Source: a virus (Duplodnaviria; Caudoviricetes). Taken from it: a DNA stretch of 64,000 nucleotides. Under the pieces are notes generated by a model. That model did no database searches and had not been told where the DNA came from. It saw nothing but the letters and a program-made list of their open reading frames with translations. A program made the position numbers and the translations under genes. The stretch is from positions 160,001 through 224,000 of the IMG/VR virus record IMGVR_UViG_3300013947_000019. One strand, 5' to 3'. Each line of letters begins with the position of its first letter. The first letter of the stretch is position 1. Below are positions 19,768 through 29,436 of this stretch, one piece after another.

Positions 19768-20403
19768 TTACCATGCATAACAATTAAATCCAATAGTTGC
19801 TAATTCATTTTTAATAGCTGATGTCATACCACCGGTTATTAATAAATATCGAGAATAATTAGCATTAAAATTACCACTAGGATATCCACCAATAAAATAA
19901 TTTATAGTTTCACCAGATTCTAATTTTAGTGTAATATAATTCCAATATGGGTCATATACTGTCATACTAGTAAATTTAGTAAGAGGAGATATGTATGTGT
20001 TATTGCTTCCTAAATATACTGAATATGTTGCAGTTAAATATCCTGATATAGTATATGTTTTATCTAAATGATTAGAAGGCATACTACGAGTATATAACTC
20101 TCCAATATATTGAATGACTAATCCTTGATTTATATTCCTGATATTACTAGCCATTTGCGAGAAGGCAGTAGAAGCTGCTGTGCTAACACCTTTGTCAGTA
20201 ATCGCACTCGCAATCTGCGCCTTCCCGCTACTGACAGATGTTTTTAGTTCGTTATATTGAGCTACTGTAACATATGTACCATTGTGGTTATGATTCGCTG
20301 CTGCATAATTGCCCTTAGGCTGGTAGTTTTCTGGTTTAATGATCCGGCCAGTACCATCATATCCTTTGTATATCAATCCGGTTTGACCTGTCACAAGCTG
20401 GCC
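19768..20403 (-). CDS. Silent fibre C-terminal cassette A (GQLVTGQTGLIYKG...)
   Basis: No RBS; in-frame TGA 15 nt upstream of the GGC codon; carries the SVSSGK..IASAITDKGV repeat. Confidence 0.75.
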   Translation of the reverse strand, partial: GQLVTGQTGLIYKGYDGTGRIIKPENYQPKGNYAAANHNHNGTYVTVAQYNELKTSVSSGKAQIASAITDKGVSTAASTAFSQMASNIRNINQGLVIQYIGELYTRSMPSNHLDKTYTISGYLTATYSVYLGSNNTYISPLTKFTSMTVYDPYWNYITLKLESGETINYFIGGYPSGNFNANYSRYLLITGGMTSAIKNELATIGFNCYAW

Positions 20404-20421
20404 GGATTTCAGAAATCACGG
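20398..20421 (-). repeat. Cassette site A
   Basis: CCGTGATTTCT-GAAATCC-GGCCAG. Confidence 0.8.
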
Positions 20422-20431
20422 CAAGAGAAGA

Positions 20432-20454
20432 ACCTCCCCTATTTTAGGGGAGGT
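20432..20454 (-). terminator. Terminator immediately upstream of site A
   Basis: ACCTCCCCT / AGGGGAGGT stem followed by TTCTTCTCTT on the minus strand. Confidence 0.75.
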
Positions 20455-20461
20455 GTTCTTT

Positions 20462-20629
20462 TTAACCAGCTATATTTTCAGGGTACTTCTCATCCAGTAG
20501 ATCACAAAGTTCACTATACTGATCTTCAGTAAGTCTCTTCTTAGCATAAAACATATCCAGACGTTCCTGTGCTTCTTCTCGAGTTTTATAGAAATGACGA
20601 TTAATTAAAATCTTCATAGATCTATACAT
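20462..20629 (-). CDS. Small 55-aa XkdX-like fibre-associated protein absent from the ORF track
   Basis: MYRSMKILINRHFYKTREEAQERLDMFYAKKRLTEDQYSELCDLL...; GGGGAGG RBS; typical position after a fibre chaperone. Confidence 0.65.
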   Translation of the reverse strand: MYRSMKILINRHFYKTREEAQERLDMFYAKKRLTEDQYSELCDLLDEKYPENIAG

Positions 20630-20632
20630 AAA

Positions 20633-20944
20633 TTATTCCTCCCCTAAGTCAGTAATATCTTCTTGATATACAGATTCAACTGTTTCAGCAAGAGATTGTT
20701 CGAGTTCTGTAGCATCATCGATAGCCTTCTGCTCAGCAGTTTTTACCTCAACACCATCTCGATAAAATTTATTTTCATTAAGATTATATTGATCACCCAC
20801 TGCAGCAGGAATTGATCCAAGACATTTACAATTTGGAAACTCGGGAGCATTTTCATCCGCCATCCAAATAATGTTAGTGACAATATTATTCTCATCTAAT
20901 AAAGCATAATTCTGTACTAGATTATGATTTTCAACTGCATACAT
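20633..20944 (-). CDS. Tail fibre assembly/chaperone-like protein
   Basis: YALLDENNIVTNII...AAVGDQY..F motif; follows a Gly-rich fibre gene. Confidence 0.6.
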   Translation of the reverse strand: MYAVENHNLVQNYALLDENNIVTNIIWMADENAPEFPNCKCLGSIPAAVGDQYNLNENKFYRDGVEVKTAEQKAIDDATELEQSLAETVESVYQEDITDLGEE

Positions 20945-20971
20945 TAAAATATTACTCCTTTCTTATTTTAA

Positions 20972-22027
20972 TTAACGCGCATTACGGATACAAACTATAC
21001 CTGAACCACCAGCACCACTATTGCGCCTAATTAATTGATTTTCAGGATTACTTCTAAAGTATCCTCCACCGCCACCACCAGATCCAGTATTGATAGTGCC
21101 ACCAGTTACATCTCTAATTAATCCTCCAGTATCTTTATGTCCCTCGTATACCTGAAGACCCTGTCCACCGCCACCATTTCCAGGAAAAGTATCACGTAAA
21201 TGCATAGCTGCACCACCTCCACCAGCATATAACTTACCTGTAGCTTCTCCAAATTCTCTGGTGGTGGTACCTTGACTTGTACCAAAATACTTTTTACCTA
21301 GTGTTCCTGTATATGGTGCAGCAGATCCTTCACTAGGATTACTATATGATAATCCACCATCAGACCCGCCATACATTGTAAATATACGTTGAGATAATGT
21401 ACTACCCGTTACACTTGGAGCACCAGATGATCCGCCATTAGATGCAGTGGTATTTGCCATTGTTAAATTCTTAGCAGTTGCAGCGGTTCCACCGTTTACA
21501 CTATATGATCCAAATGATGTCATTCCTCCATTATTTCCAGGTGTGTAATCGCTAGCATCATTATCAGTATTATATGCAGCAGATTCACCACCTGCACCAA
21601 TTATAATTTTAAAAGTATTACCTTTAGTTATAGATAATGATCTAACAGTTTTAGTATAACCAGAGCCGCCACCATGTCCACCCATACCATTAGAACTGCC
21701 CATAGCATAACCAACACCACCAGAAGCTCCACCACCAACCATAAATACATCAATCTTACTAGCAGTATTTCCAAGATCACCTATAGTTAACGTTCCACTA
21801 GTTTTGAAACGAATGACAAAATTTCCTTCTAAGTTTCCTTCAGTAGCATAACTGCCAGTATAAGTAAAAGCAAACGGTGTGCTAGCAGAGTAAAATAATC
21901 TGGCTTTTCCACCTACACCAATATATGCTTTCTGCACCTTTCTTGCCTTACCATTTACACCAATATAGATATTCTTTACTAATCGTGCCTTACTGCTCAC
22001 ACCAATATATAAATTAGCCATCTCCAA
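20972..22027 (-). CDS. Glycine-rich receptor-binding/adhesin protein
   Basis: Triple YIGV.GKAR N-terminal repeat; Gly-rich domain IDVFMVGGG...TTREFGE.TGKLYAGGGG...GSGIVCIR. Confidence 0.75.
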   Translation of the reverse strand: MEMANLYIGVSSKARLVKNIYIGVNGKARKVQKAYIGVGGKARLFYSASTPFAFTYTGSYATEGNLEGNFVIRFKTSGTLTIGDLGNTASKIDVFMVGGGASGGVGYAMGSSNGMGGHGGGSGYTKTVRSLSITKGNTFKIIIGAGGESAAYNTDNDASDYTPGNNGGMTSFGSYSVNGGTAATAKNLTMANTTASNGGSSGAPSVTGSTLSQRIFTMYGGSDGGLSYSNPSEGSAAPYTGTLGKKYFGTSQGTTTREFGEATGKLYAGGGGAAMHLRDTFPGNGGGGQGLQVYEGHKDTGGLIRDVTGGTINTGSGGGGGGYFRSNPENQLIRRNSGAGGSGIVCIRNAR

Positions 22028-22042
22028 TACACCTCCAATAAT

Positions 22043-22417
22043 TTAGCTATACTGAAGATAGATTCTACCGGTAGTAAGAGCTGTTGTTCCAGAAGTCATT
22101 GCACTTGTTCCTGCATAAATTGCTCTAGCAGAAGCTGTACCAACAGCTGTATCTAAAGTTGTCTGACCTGTACCACCTCTTGCTACTGCTAATGTACCAC
22201 TGGTAATATTAGCAGCTGAATGATTGTGAGAAGCTGCTGCATAGCTACCAGCTGGCTGTTTTCCATTAATAGCAGTATCCATGCTAGCAATTTTTGAACT
22301 AAGCAAAGTATTGTCTGTATCTGACATCTTGATCACAGTGGCAATAGTTTCAAGATATATGATATCATAGGTACCGCTATCATTTTTCCTATTTAATCTT
22401 TGTTTCAAGATAGCCAT
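22043..22417 (-). CDS. Fibre adaptor; paralogue of the expression-locus N-terminus
   Basis: MAILKQRLNRKNDSGTYDIIYLET; H-N-H and GTLAVARGGTG fibre motifs; AAAGGAG RBS. Confidence 0.8.
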   Translation of the reverse strand: MAILKQRLNRKNDSGTYDIIYLETIATVIKMSDTDNTLLSSKIASMDTAINGKQPAGSYAAASHNHSAANITSGTLAVARGGTGQTTLDTAVGTASARAIYAGTSAMTSGTTALTTGRIYLQYS

Positions 22418-22455
22418 AGTTGGGCTCCTTTCTAGAAATGAATGCTTCCACCAGA

Positions 22456-22479
22456 TTGGCCCAACTTCAGAAAATCCGG
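22456..22479 (-). repeat. Cassette site B
   Basis: CCGGATTTTCT-GAAGTTG-GGCCAA; 23 bp identical to site F. Confidence 0.8.
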
Positions 22480-22504
22480 TCTATGGTGAATAAAAGAAAA
22501 AGAA

Positions 22505-22530
22505 TACCCCTGGGAATATTCCCAGGGGTA
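22505..22530 (-). terminator. Terminator upstream of site B
   Basis: 12-bp perfect stem TACCCCTGGGAA / TTCCCAGGGGTA plus U-tract. Confidence 0.8.
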
Positions 22531-22539
22531 ATTCTATCA

Positions 22540-23802
22540 TTACTTAAACATCAACTTATACGTACGGTTACTGTTTGCATCCGTAGCACGTGCTTTATTT
22601 AAATCAAATCTCATACGAGTCTTCTTTTTCTTAGGTAAGATCTCTTTATAGTCATCACCATTCAGAATCTTACCATTCTTGGTACTGACAGCAACAAACT
22701 TCCAATCGCCAGTAGGATCAAGAGGATCACATAACACCTGTACATTATATGTACCTTCTAACTGTACATTGCGTTCCCATGGTGTCAATTTAATCTTATC
22801 TTTATTCTCCATCAGTGTCTTGGCAAATTCACCAGCTAATATTTTCTGATCAGCATCACTCATACTGCTTTTCTTCTGACGTTCAATTTTTCCATATGGA
22901 GAATCATCATCGTCATCATCGTCCAGCATATTACGACTAATTCCTCTGACCATTGTCAGGCTTTTCTTACCACCGCCATCTTTATCCTTCTTGCCTTTTT
23001 TACCTTTCTTCCCACTTCCAGTATCAATATCATCCATACCACCACGCAGAATACGAGCAGCCATATTGGCGACAGCTTTACTGCTATCAGAACCTTCAGT
23101 TTCTTTCTTATCTTTCTCTTTCTTATATTCCAGATCAGAAATAACCTTAGCAATACTACCAAGTTCTTTAACAGCACTGAGCTTTGAATTCTTTGCACTG
23201 ATCATATTACCAATCTGACTAGAACGATACATTGTCTTCGCATTATTTCGACTATTATTCAGATCCGCTTCAATATCAGCAGCAATCTTATCAAACTCAA
23301 AGATAGTATCTTGCAGCATACTGACAACAGGAGCAAAACGTTTACCATAAGTAGTATCAAGAGTAGTCATATTTGCTTTGCGAGCTTTCGCTTTACTCTT
23401 ACGACTATCCTTATAGCCATCATTCTCCTCATCATCTTCATCAATATCATCTTCATCGGTCTGATCATCAAACATATGATCAGCATTATTGAAGACCATA
23501 TTTAGCAGATTCTCTTTCTTCTTTTTCAGTTTCTTCTTGGACTGAGATTTCTTGCTATCACGATAATCCTCAGTCTTCTGATAAGCAGTAACTTTCTGTT
23601 TTTCTTCTTTATATTTCTGAAGTTTAGCTTCAAGAGAAGAAATATCAGCAGTCAGTGCTGCCTTCTTCTGATCAGTATGAGATGCAGTTGGTTTTAATAC
23701 AATAAAACCATCTTTATCTCGATCCATATCATTTAAACCAGAAGCATCTCGATATCGTTCTTTACCCATTTCAAGAATATCTAAATCAATATGATTCGGC
23801 AT
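22540..23802 (-). CDS. Charged hypothetical protein (420 aa) with its own late promoter
   Basis: AAAGGAG RBS; GACA-TACC-TATAAT at 23844-23857. Confidence 0.75.
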   Translation of the reverse strand: MPNHIDLDILEMGKERYRDASGLNDMDRDKDGFIVLKPTASHTDQKKAALTADISSLEAKLQKYKEEKQKVTAYQKTEDYRDSKKSQSKKKLKKKKENLLNMVFNNADHMFDDQTDEDDIDEDDEENDGYKDSRKSKAKARKANMTTLDTTYGKRFAPVVSMLQDTIFEFDKIAADIEADLNNSRNNAKTMYRSSQIGNMISAKNSKLSAVKELGSIAKVISDLEYKKEKDKKETEGSDSSKAVANMAARILRGGMDDIDTGSGKKGKKGKKDKDGGGKKSLTMVRGISRNMLDDDDDDDSPYGKIERQKKSSMSDADQKILAGEFAKTLMENKDKIKLTPWERNVQLEGTYNVQVLCDPLDPTGDWKFVAVSTKNGKILNGDDYKEILPKKKKTRMRFDLNKARATDANSNRTYKLMFK

Positions 23803-23933
23803 ATCTATAACTCTCCTTTCGAGATAATACTATTAGGAAGTCTATTATAGGTATGTCAAAATCATGTTTTTGTACAAAAATGTTATATTTAATAGAAACC
23901 CCCTCTCCAATAATTGGAGAGGGGTGATTAATT

Positions 23934-24167
23934 TTATTCAGTAGGATTGTTCAAATAATCCAGATATGCAGCGAGTGCTTCTTCAGGAGTATTGAACTCT
24001 TTATTCAGAGTATCTTCAATAACCAATACTCTATCAATATTGGTGATATATCCGCGACGACCAGTGCAGATAACATCCTCATTCTCGTAGTTAAAATTCT
24101 TAATACCAAGAGCTATACGTGCATCAGGAGCAGTCTCCCCAGCTTTAACAACATAACCAGTATACAT
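23934..24167 (-). CDS. Small cassette-linked protein, probable fibre chaperone; paralogue of 52271..52504
   Basis: GYV.K.GETA.D.RIAL.IKNF.YEN.DVIC.G.RGYIT shared with its paralogue; AAGGAGG RBS. Confidence 0.75.
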   Translation of the reverse strand: MYTGYVVKAGETAPDARIALGIKNFNYENEDVICTGRRGYITNIDRVLVIEDTLNKEFNTPEEALAAYLDYLNNPTE

Positions 24168-24192
24168 AGTATTTATTCCTCCTTGATAAAAA

Positions 24193-25800
24193 TTAGTTAA
24201 TATTAGTAACTACACCATTTTTAATAACAGCTGCTAGTTGGATCGAGAATCCATCGGCAGACTGATAATAAACTTGATTTACACCAAAGTTAAGTTTCGT
24301 CTTTCCATCATTATACATCTCAGTAGAATTGAAATAAGAAGAAGGATCACAGACTATAGTTCCAGGTTCTAAGTCAGTACTATTAATAGCAAATTTAGCA
24401 ATAGTATGATACCATTTACGATTAGCGTAGTTTGATCCACTACCGTGGTAATATCCACCAATAAGATATACATTTCCTTTATAGTAACCATAGTAATAAA
24501 TATAACCATTACCATATTGTTGTGGCAATATACTATCAAGACCTGACGTGATTCCTGTTTTTATGTTATAAATACTAACACTTTGACATGCAATAACATC
24601 AGTATCTGCTGTTCCAGTTGACATTGCGCCGAATGTATATAATAAATCACCAATCTGAATACAGCTTCCACCAGTTCTATATGTGGCAGAACTACTAGAA
24701 CCAGTATAATGATAAATAATTTTAAGTTCAGATAATGCATATTTTGTAATAAGATTTGTTGCTAAATCTATTTTTCCGTTTAAACCACAGTTAGAAGTTC
24801 CACTAATTCCACCAAAGAATTCTAGTGCATTATCATTTAAAACAAAAGGACCGTTATAAATAAAACTCATATCTCTAATATCAGCTAGCATTGTTATAGT
24901 ATTAGTATCTAAATCAATTACATGTATTGAATGATATGATCCAGAATTAGCTACCATAATATATAATTTATTTCCAATGATTTTAGTAGAATTAATACTC
25001 TGAACTGAACCATATCCAGATTGCACTAAGTCATATCTTGTTGTAACTGCAGTTTTAGTATTATAAACCCACATATATACTACTAAATTAGCATTGTTAC
25101 TGCCGCCAATATATCCCAAAGCATATATATTATCATTATATGTTAGATTAGTATTGCTGAAATTTGTTGCATCTAATCTTCCATTTGCTTCATACGATGG
25201 TTTAGATGGTAGATATGGTACTACCGTATAAATATCAGTATCAATATCATATGCATAACTGTAATTATTAACAGTATTTGATATTACTGCAGTTCCAGGA
25301 CCATCATTACCGGTGGTACCACTAATTCTATATCCACCTAAACAATATAAAACACTACCAATTAAACCAGACCAACCACCACATAAACAATATTCTGTTT
25401 CTGTTTTAATATTATTAGCCGTTCCATCTGCTGTATAAATACCACTTTTAATCTGAATATCATTTATCTCAGAAGAGGCGCGTTTAACCCATAGACCATT
25501 TTGTGCAGTAGGTTGAGTAGTTTGACAAAAGATATTTAATGAACTATCACCACTATATGAATTGATGGATCGAATATTAGTTGCCATCTGATCAAACATT
25601 TCAGTAGAAGCAGTAGGTACACCTTTTTCAGTGATAGCTTCAGATATTTTTTCTTTACCATACTTTACAAGTTCATCATTCATTTCACCTACTACTCCTT
25701 CCACTTCAGATTTTAAAGCATAATCATCTGGTGTAATAATCCGGCCAGTACCATCACTACCTTTATATATAAGACCTGTACTACCTGTCACAAGCTGGCC
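24193..25800 (-). CDS. Silent fibre cassette C, Kelch/beta-propeller (GQLVTGSTGLIYKG...)
   Basis: Begins at site C with no RBS; QPTAQNGLW joint; LYCLGG and VYLIGG repeats. Confidence 0.75.
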   Translation of the reverse strand, partial: GQLVTGSTGLIYKGSDGTGRIITPDDYALKSEVEGVVGEMNDELVKYGKEKISEAITEKGVPTASTEMFDQMATNIRSINSYSGDSSLNIFCQTTQPTAQNGLWVKRASSEINDIQIKSGIYTADGTANNIKTETEYCLCGGWSGLIGSVLYCLGGYRISGTTGNDGPGTAVISNTVNNYSYAYDIDTDIYTVVPYLPSKPSYEANGRLDATNFSNTNLTYNDNIYALGYIGGSNNANLVVYMWVYNTKTAVTTRYDLVQSGYGSVQSINSTKIIGNKLYIMVANSGSYHSIHVIDLDTNTITMLADIRDMSFIYNGPFVLNDNALEFFGGISGTSNCGLNGKIDLATNLITKYALSELKIIYHYTGSSSSATYRTGGSCIQIGDLLYTFGAMSTGTADTDVIACQSVSIYNIKTGITSGLDSILPQQYGNGYIYYYGYYKGNVYLIGGYYHGSGSNYANRKWYHTIAKFAINSTDLEPGTIVCDPSSYFNSTEMYNDGKTKLNFGVNQVYYQSADGFSIQLAAVIKNGVVTNIN

Positions 25801-25817
25801 GGAACTCAGAAATCCGG
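25795..25817 (-). repeat. Cassette site C
   Basis: CCGGATTTCT-GAGTTCC-GGCCAG. Confidence 0.8.
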
Positions 25818-25852
25818 GTCTAGGTCAAATAAAGAAAAAAAAAGAAAATATA

Positions 25853-25874
25853 GGGAGGAGCCGAAGCCCCTCCC
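25853..25874 (-). terminator. Terminator upstream of site C
   Basis: GGGAGG.GC-TTCG-GC.CCTCCC hairpin with a long T-tract on the minus strand. Confidence 0.75.
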
Positions 25875-25884
25875 CAGTTATTTT

Positions 25885-26046
25885 CTACCCCCGAACATTT
25901 CGGAAAGTCAATGCCGTATATAGTAACATTGCACCAAGCCACTGTAAGCTAGTAGGCCAATCGCCTTTCTGAATAATATTGACAACTAAACTACCAAGTG
26001 CTCCTACTACCATCATGATCGGGAAAATGATACGTAACAGATCCAT
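25885..26046 (-). CDS. Small 53-aa two-TM membrane protein absent from the ORF track
   Basis: MDLLRIIFPIMMVVGALGSLVVNII...WLGAMLLYTALTF; AAGGAG RBS. Confidence 0.55.
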   Translation of the reverse strand: MDLLRIIFPIMMVVGALGSLVVNIIQKGDWPTSLQWLGAMLLYTALTFRNVRG

Positions 26047-26098
26047 ACTTAACTTTTCTCCTTCTTACTAGTATTGTACAGATATGTTACTTATATCA

Positions 26099-26632
26099 TT
26101 ATTTTACTTCTTTTCCAGTAAACGGCACATTATCATAGAGATCTCTTCTACGAGAATTATACTTGGGGATTTCTACACGAACATGCAGAGAAAGATGCAT
26201 TTCACTATCTGTGATCTCACATGTAGTCTTACCTCGTCTGAAGATAACTTCTTTGAAAGCATTACTGGATGCATCATACTCATACAGATGTGCACCTTCA
26301 TTGATCATGTCACTCATATATGCCGGAATTGCATAATATATAGCTTTCATATCAATTTCAGCTGCCTCTTCTGTTGGATGTCTATTAAAACCAAGCAATT
26401 CGCAGGTAGCTTTATCAAGCTTACTGAAATCCAACTTAGAGCATGTTGACTGATAATACTGATCACCAATGGTATCAAGAATACCATTGATACAATACAT
26501 CAGACCAGTAGCACTTTCAATAAGATTTCGATCCTTTGATACACTAATATTCTTCAGATTATTAACTGCATTAGTCAGAATCTGAATAATTGTAGTGATA
26601 GTAGGATCTATAGTTGTATTAGGAATGATCAT
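26099..26632 (-). CDS. Hypothetical protein
   Basis: ORF in operon. Confidence 0.65.
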   Translation of the reverse strand: MIIPNTTIDPTITTIIQILTNAVNNLKNISVSKDRNLIESATGLMYCINGILDTIGDQYYQSTCSKLDFSKLDKATCELLGFNRHPTEEAAEIDMKAIYYAIPAYMSDMINEGAHLYEYDASSNAFKEVIFRRGKTTCEITDSEMHLSLHVRVEIPKYNSRRRDLYDNVPFTGKEVK

Positions 26633-26652
26633 AACAATATCAATACCCTTTC

Positions 26653-27042
26653 TTATATTTTGAGTTTCCTTCGATGAGGAAGAGTGAGAAAGACTTCTCT
26701 ATAGGTATCTGCGACTCTACAATAGATCTCATATTGATAATCTTTCGGTACTAATGATGAACTTATAAGCAACCTACCAGTTTTAGATTCCATGATACTA
26801 TAACTATCTAAACAATGCTTAGCCATCTTTCGGATTTTCTTTTCTATCTTGTGTTTTGGTAGATAAGAATATCTTGTGAGTAAACCATTGTAGAAGCTAT
26901 AATACATTCGATATAGATACAATACAGATGTTCTGTATCGAATCCACTCCATGTCATAATCATATGCAGCAAGTTCAGCTATACTATTCAGTTCTTCACT
27001 AGCTAAACGTGGAGTGCTTCTGATAAAATCGTCAATGATCAT
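26653..27042 (-). CDS. Hypothetical protein
   Basis: ATGA overlap with the upstream gene. Confidence 0.65.
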   Translation of the reverse strand: MIIDDFIRSTPRLASEELNSIAELAAYDYDMEWIRYRTSVLYLYRMYYSFYNGLLTRYSYLPKHKIEKKIRKMAKHCLDSYSIMESKTGRLLISSSLVPKDYQYEIYCRVADTYREVFLTLPHRRKLKI

Positions 27043-27464
27043 ATCTTTACTCCAGGTCGTCTCTTCAGAAGAATAAACCCATCCTTCGTAGTAAACCCAG
27101 CTTCACGCTTTTCAACAATTCCTTCAGCTTGTCCAAAGATCTCATTGAAATCTACTGGTTTCTTTTTGGGAGGACTTGTTGAAGCTGGAGAAGGTGAGTC
27201 ATCGTCCTCATCATCTTCCAGAATATCATCCAAGATATCCCGAAGAGATGCAACTTCCTCTCGGCTCAGACTAATACCTTTACCGAGTTTGATCTCTCCA
27301 TCCTTTTCATAACAAGCACGGATATCATACTTAGGATCCTTGTCATTCCAAGAGATCTTAGCTACGATCTTATTGTGCTTATCGCTCAGAAAACCATACT
27401 CCTTATGAATCTCATAAGAGAAATCATTGGAATCCTTTTTCTTATTCATATGAACTTTCGCCAT
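27039..27464 (-). CDS. PC4/YdbC-family ssDNA-binding protein
   Basis: FSYEI....G.LS......ISWN...PKYDIR......KLGKGISLS.EE..SL signature. Confidence 0.85.
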   Translation of the reverse strand: MAKVHMNKKKDSNDFSYEIHKEYGFLSDKHNKIVAKISWNDKDPKYDIRACYEKDGEIKLGKGISLSREEVASLRDILDDILEDDEDDDSPSPASTSPPKKKPVDFNEIFGQAEGIVEKREAGFTTKDGFILLKRRPGVKI

Positions 27465-27479
27465 ATTTGATACACTCCT

Positions 27480-27968
27480 TTATCTCTTCTCATTCAGAAC
27501 CTTCAGATAATCATCATAGAATCCTTCTGCCATATCATCCAACTGTTCCTTGGTGAGATCTTCGAACTTCACATACCCACCATCATAGAAAAGAATGGCA
27601 GCAGTGACGACACCACAAGAGAAATAATCAGGCTCCGGTTCAGGGACGAGTCTCTTAACAGTCTCATAAAAAGCCTGTGCAGATTCTGCATTCTTGAATT
27701 CAATTGCTTTACCATCATATGTCAGAGGATGACCATTATCACGGAAGATATAATACTCCATCTTCTTGGTCTTATAGAGCTCATCGCCAGGAGTATCATT
27801 CAGCATGATACTCATCCCGTTGGTTGCAACATGGGCCCATACAGTATCATCTCCAAACAGAGAGATACTAGCATTGGGATGCATTCCAGACAGAACCTTA
27901 ATCAGATCACCAACGGTCTTGCCTGTTAGATCTGTGCGCTTATTGATATCATAGAAAGGCTTATCCAT
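27480..27968 (-). CDS. Hypothetical protein
   Basis: GGAGG RBS. Confidence 0.7.
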   Translation of the reverse strand: MDKPFYDINKRTDLTGKTVGDLIKVLSGMHPNASISLFGDDTVWAHVATNGMSIMLNDTPGDELYKTKKMEYYIFRDNGHPLTYDGKAIEFKNAESAQAFYETVKRLVPEPEPDYFSCGVVTAAILFYDGGYVKFEDLTKEQLDDMAEGFYDDYLKVLNEKR

Positions 27969-27974
27969 TTTTGT

Positions 27975-28196
27975 TCAGTCCTCCAATGTCTTCTCGATTT
28001 TCTTCTTGATCCACTTTCTGAAGATCTTCTCACAAGCCTCCATCATCTCATTGATGACTTTATCCAACTTACTTCCTTCCATCGATTTCGGTACTACGAT
28101 ATTGATACTGATACTCATCTTTGCATCAGTCTGTTTATTAGTACCACTAATCGAAGGAGGAAGCTGGAAATAACAGTTAGTTCTCCTGTTTACCAT
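27975..28196 (-). CDS. Hypothetical protein
   Basis: ORF in operon. Confidence 0.55.
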   Translation of the reverse strand: MVNRRTNCYFQLPPSISGTNKQTDAKMSISINIVVPKSMEGSKLDKVINEMMEACEKIFRKWIKKKIEKTLED

Positions 28197-28467
28197 CTTC
28201 CGTATTCTCCTTATCTACCAGTTTGATTGTGATATCAGGCATCGATTTCACATCTGCACTGATATACAACCATACACGATCAGGTTCACCATTAGCAATA
28301 TCATCTTTATCGCTGAAATGAAGAACTATCTCATTATTAATATAGTCTTCATTACCTACCAGCTGTTCATGGATAGATTTTGCGACCCGAAAAGTTTCCT
28401 CCGGATTTTCACAACTGATAGTTACAACCTTACCAGGATGATATTCTCTGGAAGTATTAGTACTCAT
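28177..28467 (-). CDS. Hypothetical protein
   Basis: AAGGAG RBS. Confidence 0.7.
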   Translation of the reverse strand: MSTNTSREYHPGKVVTISCENPEETFRVAKSIHEQLVGNEDYINNEIVLHFSDKDDIANGEPDRVWLYISADVKSMPDITIKLVDKENTEDGKQEN

Positions 28468-28490
28468 TGCTTATACTCCTTCTTAGTTAC

Positions 28491-29375
28491 TTAGCGGAAC
28501 TTAGCCCAATTACCAGTCTTTTTCTTTTCCTCCTTGGCAACATCCTTCGCTTTCTCAGTCACTTTATCTGCCAGCTTCTTCTTAGTAGACTTAGCATCCT
28601 GAGCTTTCTTCATACGGCTGACCAAATAAGGGATTGCATCATCGGGATCATATACTTCTGCGTTATAGCTGTACTCAAACTTCACACGAACAGGGAACTC
28701 CTGATAAGCACCAGCATTGATCATGACAACAACGTCATCATCCTTCTTCTTGGTCTTACCAACAGTTTCCACTTCTACCTTGAAGTTTTCGTCCCACAGA
28801 GATACATTATACGCAGCGGCCAGAACCATTGCCAGGTTACAATGCATCACGACAACCTCTGCATCCTCCTGAACCTTCTTCTTACCATCCTTGATACGAA
28901 TAGCCAGCTGATCACGATTATCCCGCTCAATCTCATATATAGGAATTGTCATTGTCTCAAAAGAGATTGCCTTATCCAGATCACCTACAAACATGTATCC
29001 ATTGAACACATTCAATGCAGGATGAGGAACAATGCGACCATTCCCATTCACAGCATTGCCCACAGTGCTGGTAGCCAGCTCCGGAGCAAAATATACTTTA
29101 ACCTGAATCTGGCCATTACAATAGCTGACCAGATTCATATGCAGATACCCCAGCTCAGCCAGAGTATACTTACCATTCTTTTTAATAATACGGTCCATCA
29201 GATCCGTAATCGTCTGCTTCAACAGATGTCCTCCAGGGCATCCAGCAGGCTGATACGTAAGTCGATTGATCGGCTTACCCTCTTCATTCATAATTGTCTG
29301 ATTAATCATCGTGGAATTTTCCATGTTTGCAGTATCCTCCTTCTTGTTCAGAATCTTGCTGTTGTCGATGATCAT
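28491..29375 (-). CDS. Probably abundant hypothetical protein with a basic C-terminus
   Basis: AAGGAGG RBS, strong codon bias, first gene after the promoter motif at 29437. Confidence 0.75.
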   Translation of the reverse strand: MIIDNSKILNKKEDTANMENSTMINQTIMNEEGKPINRLTYQPAGCPGGHLLKQTITDLMDRIIKKNGKYTLAELGYLHMNLVSYCNGQIQVKVYFAPELATSTVGNAVNGNGRIVPHPALNVFNGYMFVGDLDKAISFETMTIPIYEIERDNRDQLAIRIKDGKKKVQEDAEVVVMHCNLAMVLAAAYNVSLWDENFKVEVETVGKTKKKDDDVVVMINAGAYQEFPVRVKFEYSYNAEVYDPDDAIPYLVSRMKKAQDAKSTKKKLADKVTEKAKDVAKEEKKKTGNWAKFR

Positions 29376-29436
29376 TTTTCATTTCCTCCTTAATTTAATT
29401 ACTCTTTCGAGTTATTTCTTTCTTGATCACTATATG

